Shown here piece by piece: positions 7,517 through 17,276 of a stretch of 64,000 nt of DNA. Source of the stretch: an uncultured Candidatus Saccharibacteria bacterium (GTDB taxonomy: Bacteria > Patescibacteriota > Minisyncoccia > Minisyncoccales > Staskawiczbacteraceae); the NCBI GenBank assembly GCA_964483475.1, contig CAZAAH010000003.1:142-64141 (forward strand). Reading direction: 5' to 3'. The translations under genes and the position numbers were made by a program. Every line of letters starts with the position of its first letter. Position 1 is the first letter of the stretch. The notes under the pieces are model-generated. The model worked only from the letters and a program-made list of their open reading frames with translations, searched no databases and had not been told where the DNA came from.

Positions 7517-8173
7517 TCAAATAAATTCAGTTTTGGCAAGAGCTTTGACCGGGAAAAAAGACTTGCGGTGAATCTTGCAGGGGCCAAATGCATTGAGGTT
7601 TTTTAGGTGCAGTTTTGTGCCGTAGCCCTTGTGAAAATTAAAGCCGTACTCTGGATATTTTTTGTGAAGCTTTTGCATTACTCTGTCTCTTGTGACTTTG
7701 GCAATAATTCCGGCGGCTGTGCAAGAAAAAACCTTTTCATCAGCTGCAATAATCGGTTTTTGTGGAATTTTGGCCTTAATTTTAAAATTTCCGTCTAAAA
7801 TTAGAAATTCTGGCACAGAATTTAAATTTTTAACGGCTTTTTTCATCGCCAACTTCGTGGCTTCTAAAATATTTATTGTGTCTATAATTTTTTCTGAAAC
7901 CATTCCAATACCCCAATCAATTTGTGGATGATTTGTTAGTTTATTATAAAAAAAATCCCTTTGCTTTTGAGATAATTTTTTACTGTCTTTTATCCCAAAA
8001 AACATTTTAATATTAGCGCTAATATTAAAATGTTTTTTGGTTTCGGTTTTAATCATAACAGCTGCGGCCACCACTGGGCCGGCCAGTGGCCCCCTTCCAG
8101 CCTCATCTAGCCCAACAACAAAATTAAATCCTTGCTTCCACAATTTTTTTTCTTCATTGAGATTTGGGTACAT
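7517..8173 (-). CDS. rnhB: ribonuclease HII
   Basis: GLDEAGRGPLAGPVVAAAV motif. Confidence 0.9.
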   Translation of the reverse strand: MYPNLNEEKKLWKQGFNFVVGLDEAGRGPLAGPVVAAAVMIKTETKKHFNISANIKMFFGIKDSKKLSQKQRDFFYNKLTNHPQIDWGIGMVSEKIIDTINILEATKLAMKKAVKNLNSVPEFLILDGNFKIKAKIPQKPIIAADEKVFSCTAAGIIAKVTRDRVMQKLHKKYPEYGFNFHKGYGTKLHLKNLNAFGPCKIHRKSFFPVKALAKTEFI

Positions 8174-8224
8174 TAAAGGAATTTTATCATATAAAAAAAG
8201 CTTCGCAAAACTGCAAAGCCTAAC

Positions 8225-8527
8225 TTAAGGTGACCTTTGTGACTCCAGATCATCAACTTCTGACTGAGTTTCCAGTAATTTATACGTTAACAACATACAT
8301 GTAGCAAGCACTCCTGGATCATGGCCCTTATTTTCATAGAAGTCACAAAGATTCTTAATAAAAGCCGCTACACATAGATTTTTTTTAAATAAATGTGTTA
8401 ACATTCTTTGCAAAAAATCACCTTCAGGATTTTCCAATTCATGTTGAATAGAAAAAAGAATCTCTTCGTTGACTATTGGCAAAGGCATTTGAGACTCCTT
8501 GAATGACAAAGTCCTACACATCGCCAT
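8225..8527 (-). CDS. hypothetical protein
   Basis: ORF only, no recognisable motif. Confidence 0.35.
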   Translation of the reverse strand: MAMCRTLSFKESQMPLPIVNEEILFSIQHELENPEGDFLQRMLTHLFKKNLCVAAFIKNLCDFYENKGHDPGVLATCMLLTYKLLETQSEVDDLESQRSP

Positions 8528-8575
8528 TTAATCATATAAATATTTCAATGTAAATACTTTATATATTTTCTAAAA

Positions 8576-8638
8576 CCAGAGCACTAATATATTAGTGCTC
8601 GGCCGAGCACTCAACTTGTTGAGTGCTCTGGTTTTCAT
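8576..8638. terminator. tandem double hairpin (CCAGAGCAC-loop-GTGCTCGG / CCGAGCAC-loop-GTGCTCTGG) flanked by A/T runs
   Basis: Read directly. Likely terminator for the upstream minus-strand gene. Confidence 0.45.
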
Positions 8639-9120
8639 AATTTTTCCAAGATCTTTAGTTCCAATACATCGTGTTCGGTATCATAAATTGCGAATGTTGG
8701 TTTGAATCTTTGGCCGGCAATCTCGCCCGGATTTATCATTCGACAATTTCCTACTTTATCTTCCCATGGCCGATGAGTATGTCCGTAAAAAACCAAGTCG
8801 TATTTGCCGGATTCCGCCATTTCTCTGGCAACATCTGGATAATGGTTAAAAAAAATCTTTCTTGCCCTGAGCCCGGTCGAAGGGTTGCCTCCCAACTCTA
8901 ACTCCATGGTTTCTGGAACGTTTTCCAAATCATAATCCCCATTTCCTCTTACAAATTTAACCTCACCTTTAAAATTTTTTGTGATTTCATCCGTCGTTTC
9001 TTGACTGCAAATATCTCCGCAATGCAAAAGAAACCCAATTTTTTCTTTATTGAGCCAATCTATAGCTTTGTTTGCGTTTTTTATATTGTCGTGAGTGTCA
9101 GAAATAATCGCAAATTTCAT
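8635..9120 (-). CDS. YfcE/MJ0936-family metallophosphoesterase
   Basis: Motifs DTHDN, GDICSQ, GNGDYD, GHTHRP. Confidence 0.75.
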   Translation of the reverse strand: MKFAIISDTHDNIKNANKAIDWLNKEKIGFLLHCGDICSQETTDEITKNFKGEVKFVRGNGDYDLENVPETMELELGGNPSTGLRARKIFFNHYPDVAREMAESGKYDLVFYGHTHRPWEDKVGNCRMINPGEIAGQRFKPTFAIYDTEHDVLELKILEKL

Positions 9121-9125
9121 TTTAA

Positions 9126-9701
9126 CTAATGAGAGTAAGTGCCCATCAACTGGCCACTGCCGATAATATGACCTTCCATTGCGCTATCAACTTCTTTTCT
9201 GTTTGGGGTTTTATCAAATTGCAAGGTATGATCCAGCGCAAAAACTTTAAAATAGTATCGATGGGTTCCCGAGGGAGGACAAGGGCCACTATATTCCAAT
9301 TTTCCAAAGTCGTTTTCTCCCAATAAAGCGCTTCTTTGCTCAAATATTAAGGTTCCTTTTGGAATGTTGTCTTCCCCAATTTCTCTGGTATCTGGAGCAA
9401 TATTAAAAAGGATCCAATGGGTAAAAGTTCCAGAAGGGGCATCTGGGTCGTCAACAATCAAAGCCAAACTTTTAGCCTTTTTAGGAACTCCATCAATCAA
9501 AATGGATGGGTTGATATTTTGGCCGTCGCAAGTATATTTTTCGGGAATGTTTTGGCCTTCTAAAAAATTTAAACTGCTTACTTTTACTTTTATCATATTT
9601 TTATTATTGTAAAGAGGCTGTTTTAAATGTAAAAGGTAAAAAGTTAAAAATACAGCTAAAACTACAAAAATTATTAAAAATATTAACGATTTCTTCATCA
9701 T
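9126..9701 (-). CDS. PEBP/YbhB-YbcL family protein, secreted or membrane-anchored
   Basis: DPDAPSGTFTHW...GPCPPSGTHRYYFKVFALD. N-terminal hydrophobic anchor. Confidence 0.75.
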   Translation of the reverse strand: MMKKSLIFLIIFVVLAVFLTFYLLHLKQPLYNNKNMIKVKVSSLNFLEGQNIPEKYTCDGQNINPSILIDGVPKKAKSLALIVDDPDAPSGTFTHWILFNIAPDTREIGEDNIPKGTLIFEQRSALLGENDFGKLEYSGPCPPSGTHRYYFKVFALDHTLQFDKTPNRKEVDSAMEGHIIGSGQLMGTYSH

Positions 9702-9712
9702 CTATAGACCCA

Positions 9713-10000
9713 TTATGACTCGTCAAGGATTATTTTATCCTTAAATTTCCCTCGCTCTTTGGTTTTTTGATTTTTAATAATCTCTATTTCTTCCCGTTTG
9801 AATTTTTTATAATCAATAACGGCGTCAATTACCTCTAAGATATCTGCCATTTCCCCAATGCTCTCTGATTCCAAAAATTCTTTGATCTCCTCTTGGAGTT
9901 TTTCTTTTAATTTTTCCCAATATTCTTTTTCATCCGCAATATGAAAAACAGGATTCTCTCCTTTAGACTTTATGTATTCAGGAATTTTATCTCTTACCAA
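9713..10000 (-). CDS. MazG-like nucleotide pyrophosphohydrolase (small all-alpha NTP-PPase)
   Basis: MVRDKIPEYI...EEIKEFLES...EMADILEVIDAV pattern. Confidence 0.55.
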   Translation of the reverse strand: MVRDKIPEYIKSKGENPVFHIADEKEYWEKLKEKLQEEIKEFLESESIGEMADILEVIDAVIDYKKFKREEIEIIKNQKTKERGKFKDKIILDES

Positions 10001-10018
10001 TTAGTTATATTTTGTCAT

Positions 10019-10894
10019 TTAGCCCGCGACGCACTGGTTAAAAATATTAACCTGGTTATTATATTGCAAAATAAGATTTTTAGTTTCCTGGTTTAATGAA
10101 TTATATTGAGCAACCAAATTATTATATTCGTCCACAAGCTCGTTGTATTCAGCTGACCTTGGGTTTGTATTATTAATTTCTTGCCTTTTCGCGTCTATTT
10201 GAGCCGATAATTGATCTAGTTGATTTTTATTGGCTTCAATTTGGTTTTTTAAGCTAATACTTGGTTGTCTGCACGAGGAAAGCGGCAAGCCAAATTCTTG
10301 CACTCCAATCCAAACTGTCTCACCCTTGTAAGTTCCCTTTATAATTGCCACCCCAATATCAACAAATCTTTTATTCAAAATATTTGCTCTGTGGCCCGGA
10401 CTATTCATCCAATCTTGAACCACTTCCTTTTCGCTTGAGAAGTTTCCAAGTATCAAATTTTCGCCGCTAACCACATAATCATAGCCATAACTTTTGACCA
10501 ACATTCCAGGATCAATGCCTGATGGCGAAACGTGCTCAAAATATTGTTTATTAAACATATCTTGGGCCTTTGCCTTGGCAGCAGCATCCAATTTTGTATT
10601 TTCAATTAAGGGAGGGAGCTGGCCATTGTCATAGCGCTGAATATTTGTCTCAGCTATTATTTTTGTCTTGGTTAAAACAACATTATTCTCCCTACCACCG
10701 ATATTCAACGGTGTTGGAGCAAAAATTTCTTTTTTAACCTCTTCTATAATGTTTCCCAAATCCGTTTTTTGAAAAGCCACCAAATTTTTCGCAGCATTAT
10801 TAAAAACCTTCAAGATATTATCTTTAAATAAAAAACCTGCGCCACCCAAAATAATAATTATCAATAACCAAACTAAAATTCTATTTTTCGTCAT
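10019..10894 (-). CDS. CAP/SCP-domain (YkwD-like) secreted protein with C-terminal coiled coil
   Basis: N-terminal TM, WMNSPGHRANIL CAP signature, Q/N-rich coiled-coil tail. Confidence 0.7.
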   Translation of the reverse strand: MTKNRILVWLLIIIILGGAGFLFKDNILKVFNNAAKNLVAFQKTDLGNIIEEVKKEIFAPTPLNIGGRENNVVLTKTKIIAETNIQRYDNGQLPPLIENTKLDAAAKAKAQDMFNKQYFEHVSPSGIDPGMLVKSYGYDYVVSGENLILGNFSSEKEVVQDWMNSPGHRANILNKRFVDIGVAIIKGTYKGETVWIGVQEFGLPLSSCRQPSISLKNQIEANKNQLDQLSAQIDAKRQEINNTNPRSAEYNELVDEYNNLVAQYNSLNQETKNLILQYNNQVNIFNQCVAG

Positions 10895-11480
10895 AATTTT
10901 TTATCACTTTAAAATCTTCGAACATTTGTTTTCTCAAGCTGTCTTGGTACAAGGCGACAGCCGGGTGGTATAACGTGATAATTTTTATATCTCCGTACGA
11001 CGCTTTTGCTGGAAAAACTTTTCCGTGAATTTTGCTGATTGTTTGCAATTCGCCCGAAAGACCAAATTTATTCATTATATAAGCCATTGAGTATCTGCCC
11101 AGGGTCGCAATGACTTTTGGTTGGATTATTTCAATTTGCCTGTCCAAAAAAGAAGAGTATAATTTTATTTCTTCTGGCAGGGGATCTCTGTTTTCTGGCG
11201 GCCGGTCTTTGACGATGTTGGTAATATAAACATCTTCCCTTTTCAAACCGATTGACTCTATGAGCTGGGTCAGTATATTGCCGGCCGCGCCACAAAATGG
11301 CCTTCCTGTGGCCGCCTCATTTTTACCAGGCGCCTCGCCAACAAACATAATTTTGGCATCATGATTTCCCTCTCCGACAACCGGAAAAACTTTATTGCCC
11401 ACTCTTATTTTATACAGCGGAGATTCTTTAAAATCTATTAATTCTTCCTTAATCTTTTTTAAAGATTCGTATTTTGTCAT
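10881..11480 (-). CDS. uracil-DNA glycosylase, family 4
   Basis: GEAPGKNEAATGRPFCGAAG motif. Confidence 0.85.
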   Translation of the reverse strand: MTKYESLKKIKEELIDFKESPLYKIRVGNKVFPVVGEGNHDAKIMFVGEAPGKNEAATGRPFCGAAGNILTQLIESIGLKREDVYITNIVKDRPPENRDPLPEEIKLYSSFLDRQIEIIQPKVIATLGRYSMAYIMNKFGLSGELQTISKIHGKVFPAKASYGDIKIITLYHPAVALYQDSLRKQMFEDFKVIKNYDEK

Positions 11481-12757
11481 TCAAAATTCAATTTGATTTT
11501 AATCCTGCTACCGTCGCTTGGGGCTTTTTTAACCCAGAACGGCCAAAAATTTACTTTTACTTTTGAAATTTTTTCTCCGTACATTTGACTGATAATATCT
11601 TCAATATTTCCATCTGATTTTCTTTTTGCCAAATCAATTACATTATCGTTGTCTACTTTGTAGTAGGTATTAACTGAAGACTGTAGATTTATGGTTTCTT
11701 TTCCGCCCTGAACATCAACTAAATCTGGATTATAATTTAATTTCAATGTTTTCTCCAAAAAACTTTGGGAGTCCGATAATTTAGACGAAATGTCATCTTT
11801 GACTAATTCTTCCAAGTCCTGTTTCTTAAAAACTAATGCCGAAAATGTCACTTTCATTGACTCGTTGAATTTATCAGCTATGGAATCTGGTTTTGCATCA
11901 CAATTAAAGTCAGCTACATTATTTGAAATAGCCTCGTCAAATAAAACTTCGTCTGAAGCAATTTTTTTCTTGAGCAAATCCTCGGCTTGCCCGGAAAGTT
12001 TTTTTGTCAAAAGGTCTTTGGCCTCCAAAATGTCGTCTTTAGTCACTTTTTTTAATTTTCCGGTATAGCCTCCAGACATAGAGCCACTAGACTCGCCCCA
12101 AATGCTGTAATAAAAAGCTGTTCCGGATAATTTTGGCACAGACCACTTGGCGGCCCCTATGTTATAATCCATTCCAGCTTCTTGGGCCTGGACTTTCACA
12201 TTAACTGAACCAGCTTTACCTTTTTGGGCCGAGGGAATCACAACTTTTTCAACAGAGACAAAATATTTTCCCGAGTCAGACACAAAGTGAGTTCCAGCCT
12301 TTAATGTAAAGGGCTCTGACGGACTGATTTTATTATAAACTTTTATGACGCCAGAGGCCTTGCTGTCATTTGATGTCAATCCGGTTGAAGGAAACTCCTG
12401 CTGCCCTTCTTGATCTTGTTCTATATACCTAGCCGGAATAACCTTACTAGCTAAATCAATTTCACTAAATGATTTATCGGCTGTTACTTTTTCTTGAATA
12501 TTAAAACTATCAACTTTTGGCCAAATTTGGATCTCGGCCTTGGGCAACTTAGAAATAACATAGATAGCCAGCAAAATAATTATTACCGATCCCCCAACCA
12601 AAATCTCTCTTAATGGAAAGCGCTTTTTTTCTTTTTTGTGACTTCTGGTTTTGTGTTTTTTCTTGGCGCCGCCATCCTCATTAAGAAAAGCCTTAACTTC
12701 TTTTTCAAACTTATGAGCTACTTTTGGGGGCAGAATGTCGTAAATTTTCTTTGGCAT
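11477..12757 (-). CDS. hypothetical membrane-anchored protein (426 aa)
   Basis: Basic N-terminus, one TM (VGGSVIIILLAIYVI), large extracytoplasmic domain. No motif recognised. Confidence 0.5.
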   Translation of the reverse strand: MPKKIYDILPPKVAHKFEKEVKAFLNEDGGAKKKHKTRSHKKEKKRFPLREILVGGSVIIILLAIYVISKLPKAEIQIWPKVDSFNIQEKVTADKSFSEIDLASKVIPARYIEQDQEGQQEFPSTGLTSNDSKASGVIKVYNKISPSEPFTLKAGTHFVSDSGKYFVSVEKVVIPSAQKGKAGSVNVKVQAQEAGMDYNIGAAKWSVPKLSGTAFYYSIWGESSGSMSGGYTGKLKKVTKDDILEAKDLLTKKLSGQAEDLLKKKIASDEVLFDEAISNNVADFNCDAKPDSIADKFNESMKVTFSALVFKKQDLEELVKDDISSKLSDSQSFLEKTLKLNYNPDLVDVQGGKETINLQSSVNTYYKVDNDNVIDLAKRKSDGNIEDIISQMYGEKISKVKVNFWPFWVKKAPSDGSRIKIKLNFE

Positions 12758-12787
12758 TTTCAGATTTTAAGTTTTAGGTTTCACGTT

Positions 12788-14524
12788 TTAGGTTTCAAGT
12801 TTGGCTTTTATTCGACGAACTCCAGAGCCAACAGCTTCTTCTTTGATAATTTTAAACTTTCCTAGCTCGGACGTGTTTTTAACGTGGGGGCCTCCGCAAA
12901 ATTCCTTGCTGAAAATATTGCCCTTTTTATCTTCAATAAAGTAAACAGATACTACATCTCCGTATTTTACACCAAACTCCATTTCTGCGCCAATTTTTTG
13001 AGCTTCTTCTTTTGGCATTTCCTTTTTAACCACGTTCAATCCTTCTTTTATTTTTTGGTTGACCATGGTCTCAATCTTGCTTTTTTCCTCATCGGTAATT
13101 TTCCGGTCAAAAGAAAAATCAATCCTCAATCTTTCTGAATTAATATTACTCCCCCTTTGTTTTATTTGCTTGCCAAACAGTTGCTGCAAAGCCGCCAAGA
13201 GCAAATGATGGGCCGTGTGTAGCTTTATGGTTTCTGGCTTATCATCGGCCAAACCCCCCTTGAACATCCCAGCAGATGCCGATCTACTCAAATCTTTATG
13301 TTCTTTCATCTTCCTCTCAAAATCCTGCATATCTCTTTTTCGATTATTTTCTTTATCTAATTCAAGTGTTAGTTCAATAGGAAAACCATATGTAGTAAAA
13401 AGAATGAATGGATCTTCATTTTCTTCATATTTCTTTTTGCCAGCTTGTAATGTTTTTCCAAAGAACATCACTTCTTTTTCAATAGTCTGTTTTATTTGAT
13501 CTTTTTTATTACCAAAATCATAGACCCCCCTATACTTTTCCATTACCATTTCGGCTAAGTCCGACAGAGTAATATCTTTTAATCCAATAGAATTTGAATA
13601 ATAGATAGCCCTTCGTAAAATGCGTCGTAACACATAACCACGATCAGTATTTGATGGCTCTATACCATCCGTAATTAAAAACACTGAAGCACGAATATGA
13701 TCAGTAATAATTCTTTTCCCTTTGACGTCATCTGAATTGCTATTCCTGCTAATTTCTAACAAAAGAGGTTCTAATACATCAGTTTTATATACGTTTTCAT
13801 ATCCATTTAAGACAGCAAGGGTTCTTTCAAATCCCATACCCGTATCTACATTTTTTTGTTCAGCTAAAATATATTTACCATTACTATCCTTAACATACTC
13901 CATGAAAACATTATTCCAAATTTCAACCCAATTTTTATTCGTAGGTTCAAATTTTTCTGGAGCAGGAATGGTATTGGATTTCCAGTAGAAAATTTCTGTA
14001 TCGGGACCGCACGGGCCAATCTTTCCTACCGGACCCCACCAGTTATCTTCTTTTGGCAAAAAGGCGATTCTTTCTTTTGTAACCCCGTGAGATTTCCATA
14101 TTTCCGCCGATTCTTCATCTTTTGGCGCGTCTTTATCTCCTATAAAACAAGATACTGCTAATCTTTCTATGGGAATCTGCAATTCTTTCGTTAGAAATTC
14201 AAAACTCCACTGGATTGATTCCTTTTTCCAGTAATCGCCCAGCGACCAATTTCCCAACATTTCAAAAAAAGTTAAATGTGTATCATCTCCTACCTCATCA
14301 ATATCAACAGTCCGAAAACATTTTTGAGCATTAACTAATCTTTTACCTTCTGGATGAGATTGACCCAATAAAAAAGGTATTAAGGGTTGCATACCCGCAG
14401 TAATAAATAATGTTTTTTGTTGTGCACCCGTTTCTGCTGGAACTAAAGAAGCGCTAGGAATGATTTTATGCCCGTTTTTCTCAAAAAAATCCAAGAATTT
14501 TTTCCTTAATTCAGATGAATTCAT
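12788..14524 (-). CDS. alaS: alanine--tRNA ligase (short form, 578 aa)
   Basis: AlaRS N-terminal catalytic core (FLDFFEKNGH, TAGMQP...) plus the editing HxxxH (HTAHHLL). Confidence 0.85.
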   Translation of the reverse strand: MNSSELRKKFLDFFEKNGHKIIPSASLVPAETGAQQKTLFITAGMQPLIPFLLGQSHPEGKRLVNAQKCFRTVDIDEVGDDTHLTFFEMLGNWSLGDYWKKESIQWSFEFLTKELQIPIERLAVSCFIGDKDAPKDEESAEIWKSHGVTKERIAFLPKEDNWWGPVGKIGPCGPDTEIFYWKSNTIPAPEKFEPTNKNWVEIWNNVFMEYVKDSNGKYILAEQKNVDTGMGFERTLAVLNGYENVYKTDVLEPLLLEISRNSNSDDVKGKRIITDHIRASVFLITDGIEPSNTDRGYVLRRILRRAIYYSNSIGLKDITLSDLAEMVMEKYRGVYDFGNKKDQIKQTIEKEVMFFGKTLQAGKKKYEENEDPFILFTTYGFPIELTLELDKENNRKRDMQDFERKMKEHKDLSRSASAGMFKGGLADDKPETIKLHTAHHLLLAALQQLFGKQIKQRGSNINSERLRIDFSFDRKITDEEKSKIETMVNQKIKEGLNVVKKEMPKEEAQKIGAEMEFGVKYGDVVSVYFIEDKKGNIFSKEFCGGPHVKNTSELGKFKIIKEEAVGSGVRRIKAKLET

Positions 14525-14554
14525 TACCGTATTATAACAAAAAAGTTTTAGAAC

Positions 14555-14583
14555 GCAAAACGCCCCGTCACGGGGCGTTTTGC
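14555..14583 (-). terminator. rho-independent terminator
   Basis: GCAAAACGCCCCGTCACGGGGCGTTTTGC. Confidence 0.6.
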
Positions 14584-14598
14584 CTATATTTAAAAATG

Positions 14599-14847
14599 TT
14601 ATTTGAACGCCAATAAATCTTTAAGCTCCTTTACTTCCGCTTCCAATCTTTCAATCCTCACCTTGTGGTCAGCTAATATTAATTTTTCTATCTTATCAAA
14701 ACGCTTATCCACCAAATCAAAACGTTTATTCATTTCTGACTTGGTGGCCATTCTTTCGGTCACATCATTAAATCCGTTCTGGACCATAACCGCCAAGTCA
14801 TCAATGGTAACATCTTTTTTGCTCATAGGTTCATTATACTGTTTCAA
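14599..14847 (-). CDS. small coiled-coil protein (paralog of 33461..33700)
   Basis: Shared pattern I(T)IDxLAxMVQxGF...K..R...E.KL..I with the 79-aa ORF at 33461..33700. Confidence 0.5.
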   Translation of the reverse strand: MKQYNEPMSKKDVTIDDLAVMVQNGFNDVTERMATKSEMNKRFDLVDKRFDKIEKLILADHKVRIERLEAEVKELKDLLAFK

Positions 14848-14861
14848 CCAACCGTGTCAAT

Positions 14862-15410
14862 TTAGGTATACCGATCAGCCACCACTGAAGCCGCAAAGGA
14901 CATGGGCTTTATCCTCGGCTCAAAACCATTGGCTCTGATCAACCCCGTCACCTCTTTTATCATTTCCTTGGTTTTGCCCTGCTCCCCGACGTCAGCATGA
15001 ATATACTGAAACTGGTAATTAAAATCCGGCCTTGAGCCCCCAAAATCTTTTTCCAACGTTTCCCTCAAGGACAGTGCCAATTCGCACGACAAATACACTT
15101 CTTGCAAAATTCTCTGCTTCCAATTAATGTGCATAAATTTTTTCAAGTAAGCATCGGGATAGTGCATTTTTTTCAAAAAAAACCGGCCGCCGGCGCCCGA
15201 TCTCAAAACAACAATGGCAATTGGGAAAAAGGGCTTATCTGACGAAGGCGAGTCGCATCCCACCACAATATCATAAAAAAAGGCAGGGGCGGAAGCAATG
15301 TAACGGTAAATTTCTTGGATAACTTCCTTAAACTCCAGCTCTCCGCGGCTTGGATTAAAAAATGATCCGTTTTGTATTTCGTGATTCATATTGCCTGATA
15401 ATACTACCAA
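14862..15410 (-). CDS. hypothetical protein, possibly DUF458/YkuK-like RNase H-fold
   Basis: DIVVGCDSP...PIAIVVL resembles the YkuK core. Weak. Confidence 0.35.
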   Translation of the reverse strand: MVVLSGNMNHEIQNGSFFNPSRGELEFKEVIQEIYRYIASAPAFFYDIVVGCDSPSSDKPFFPIAIVVLRSGAGGRFFLKKMHYPDAYLKKFMHINWKQRILQEVYLSCELALSLRETLEKDFGGSRPDFNYQFQYIHADVGEQGKTKEMIKEVTGLIRANGFEPRIKPMSFAASVVADRYT

Positions 15411-15491
15411 AAAATCTGCTTGTCAAAGTATAATAAAAAAAGCACGGTCGATTATTCAACAGTGCTTCAACAGCTAAACTCACTAAAAGAA

Positions 15492-16213
15492 CTATCTTTG
15501 GCCGGTCAGTTCGGCCCAGTGGTGCTTTGGCTTGAGCCGCTGCGACCCAGCCTTGCAAAGCGGACAATCCTCTGGCTTCCACTTTTGAATATCGCAGTGG
15601 ACCAGGTACACAATCTTCTGGCCTTCAATTTCGTAAACGTCAGAACGGTGGACCAAAACTACTGGCGTCGCAAAGTTAATTGGATAATCAGGATGGGCAT
15701 CCCGAATCCCCTTGCGCACCGCTAAGAGTGTTGACGCGGTTGTCATCAGCTCTTCTGCCTGCAAGACAACTTCGTCTGGCCCAATGGTGAATCTTTTCCA
15801 CAGCTGAGACTTTCGGGGCCCTTTTCCGTGAAGTCATGCTGAGCACCCATGGCAATGGCAACGCTGTGGGAAAAATCGGCTCCGGCGTGATCTGAACCAA
15901 CCACCCAGTCAACTCTTTTGTTTTGTTCACGCCACTCACAAAGCTCTTCGTATTTATAAGAGGCCAACTCTCCAAAAATCTGGCAGAGGTTTGAGTACCG
16001 CAAAGCCCTCAACGTATCGACAAACCCGTTGCTGCAGTCTCCAGCCGTGAGCTCGGCATGGGGATCTTTGGGATCGCCAGAGTGCAGCCACAGGGCGTCG
16101 CATAGTTTAAGGACGTGGGTTATCTCTTTCTCGCCAAATTTAATGAAAGCGGTGTCCCGGGCTTTTAACCTTCTCAACTCATCCACGCTTTTCATTTCCA
16201 GAATTTTGGTCAT
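15492..16213 (-). pseudogene. pyrE: orotate phosphoribosyltransferase (pyrE), interrupted by a frameshift near 15760-15800
   Basis: The 155-aa ORF (GIP-like GSDHAGADFSHSVAIAMG) and the overlapping 90-aa ORF carry the PRTase motif in a different frame (DEVVLQAEELMTTASTLLA, type-I PRPP loop). GC-rich. Confidence 0.5.
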
Positions 16214-16214
16214 G

Positions 16215-16916
16215 TCAGGCTCCCTTCCGGTATTGGTTCATGAGGTTGTGAAGTTGCAACGCTTTCTCCCGCGGGTCATCAGCAAAGATGACGTCCCGGG
16301 AAGAGTTGATGATCAACCCCTTGCCTCGGCTGTCCATTCCAGCTTTCATCGTAGCCTCAAGGTCTCCGCCTTGGGCTCCGATGCCCGGCGCCAAAATCGG
16401 CAAATTGCCAATGATTTGGCGGATCCTGCTCAATTCAGTTGGATGGGTTGCCCCAGCCACAACCGCGCAGTTTCCGTATCGGTTCCATTCCTTGGCGACC
16501 CTTGTGGCAACATATTGGTAGAGACTCAACGAAATGCTTTCGTCAATGACAATGTCCTGAAGCTCGCCGGCTCCCGGGTTGGAGGTTCTAACAAGCACAA
16601 AAATTCCCTTGTCCTTGCGTTCAAGGAACGGCTTGAGCGCCTCGCCACCCAGATAAGGACTTACTGTGATGGCGTCGGCCTTCAGCCAATCAAAGGCCAT
16701 TTCGGCCGTGCCATTGTTGGTGTTCCCGATGTCTCCGGCTTTCCTATCAAGAATCACCGGAACATCTGGCGCAGCTTCGTGAATGTAACGCATAGTGTGT
16801 CGGAGGGCCGCTAATCCTTCGTCTCCATACTCCTCGTAGAAGGCAAAGTTTGGCTTGTAGGCGCAAACTAAATCCTTGGTTGCCTCAACAATCGTACAAT
16901 TAAAATTGTACATCAT
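16215..16916 (-). CDS. pyrF: orotidine-5'-phosphate decarboxylase (type 2), apparently N-terminally short
   Basis: ILDRKAGDIGNT (DxKxGDIG), SPYLGGEALKP, FVLVRTSNPG. The upstream in-frame stop leaves no room for the usual N-terminal 25-30 aa. GC-rich. Confidence 0.7.
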   Translation of the reverse strand: MMYNFNCTIVEATKDLVCAYKPNFAFYEEYGDEGLAALRHTMRYIHEAAPDVPVILDRKAGDIGNTNNGTAEMAFDWLKADAITVSPYLGGEALKPFLERKDKGIFVLVRTSNPGAGELQDIVIDESISLSLYQYVATRVAKEWNRYGNCAVVAGATHPTELSRIRQIIGNLPILAPGIGAQGGDLEATMKAGMDSRGKGLIINSSRDVIFADDPREKALQLHNLMNQYRKGA

Positions 16917-17136
16917 GTACTCTGCGGACGTGCCAGTACCGATGAATCTTTTTGGAATTTTTGCTCAATCGCTATCCAGCCCAACACATAAAAACTTTCC
17001 TTCATCCCACTTTTTCCCAATCATTTCCATGAAATTTCGCTCAGCCATTACACACGCTCCCTTCTGGTAAAACTCTGTTCAATTGACAAGGATCTCTCCA
17101 CAACAACGATTACTCAACTTACCAAAAAAACTCTTA

Positions 17137-17186
17137 GAAATCAACTTTCTTATTGTAAAAAGAAATCAACTTTCTTATTGTAAAAA
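17137..17186. repeat. tandem 25-bp direct repeat x2 (AGAAATCAACTTTCTTATTGTAAAA)
   Basis: Read directly, in the pyrF upstream region. Confidence 0.6.
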
Positions 17187-17230
17187 ATAGTTAATCATAC
17201 TCATCCCACTCTATTGCTACCTTATTACAC

Positions 17231-17262
17231 CCACTGGACAATTCGGACGAATTGTCCAGTGG
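17231..17262. promoter_or_regulatory. palindromic operator-like site CCACTGGACAATTCG-GAC-GAATTGTCCAGTGG
   Basis: Perfect 14-bp inverted repeat. Near-identical second copy at 17600-17627, on the other side of the ArsR-family gene. Confidence 0.55.
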
Positions 17263-17276
17263 TTTCGCAAAAAAAT

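Noticed and set aside
15355-15975. Several 75-101-aa ORFs in both strands
   Set aside because: They are overlapping frames within the GC-rich pyrE pseudogene region. Only the PRTase frames show motifs.
16029-16814. 261-aa plus-strand ORF
   Set aside because: It lies antisense to pyrF inside the GC-rich block. GC-rich DNA yields long stop-free antisense frames. It has no start context or motif, whereas the minus-strand frame has clear OMP decarboxylase motifs.
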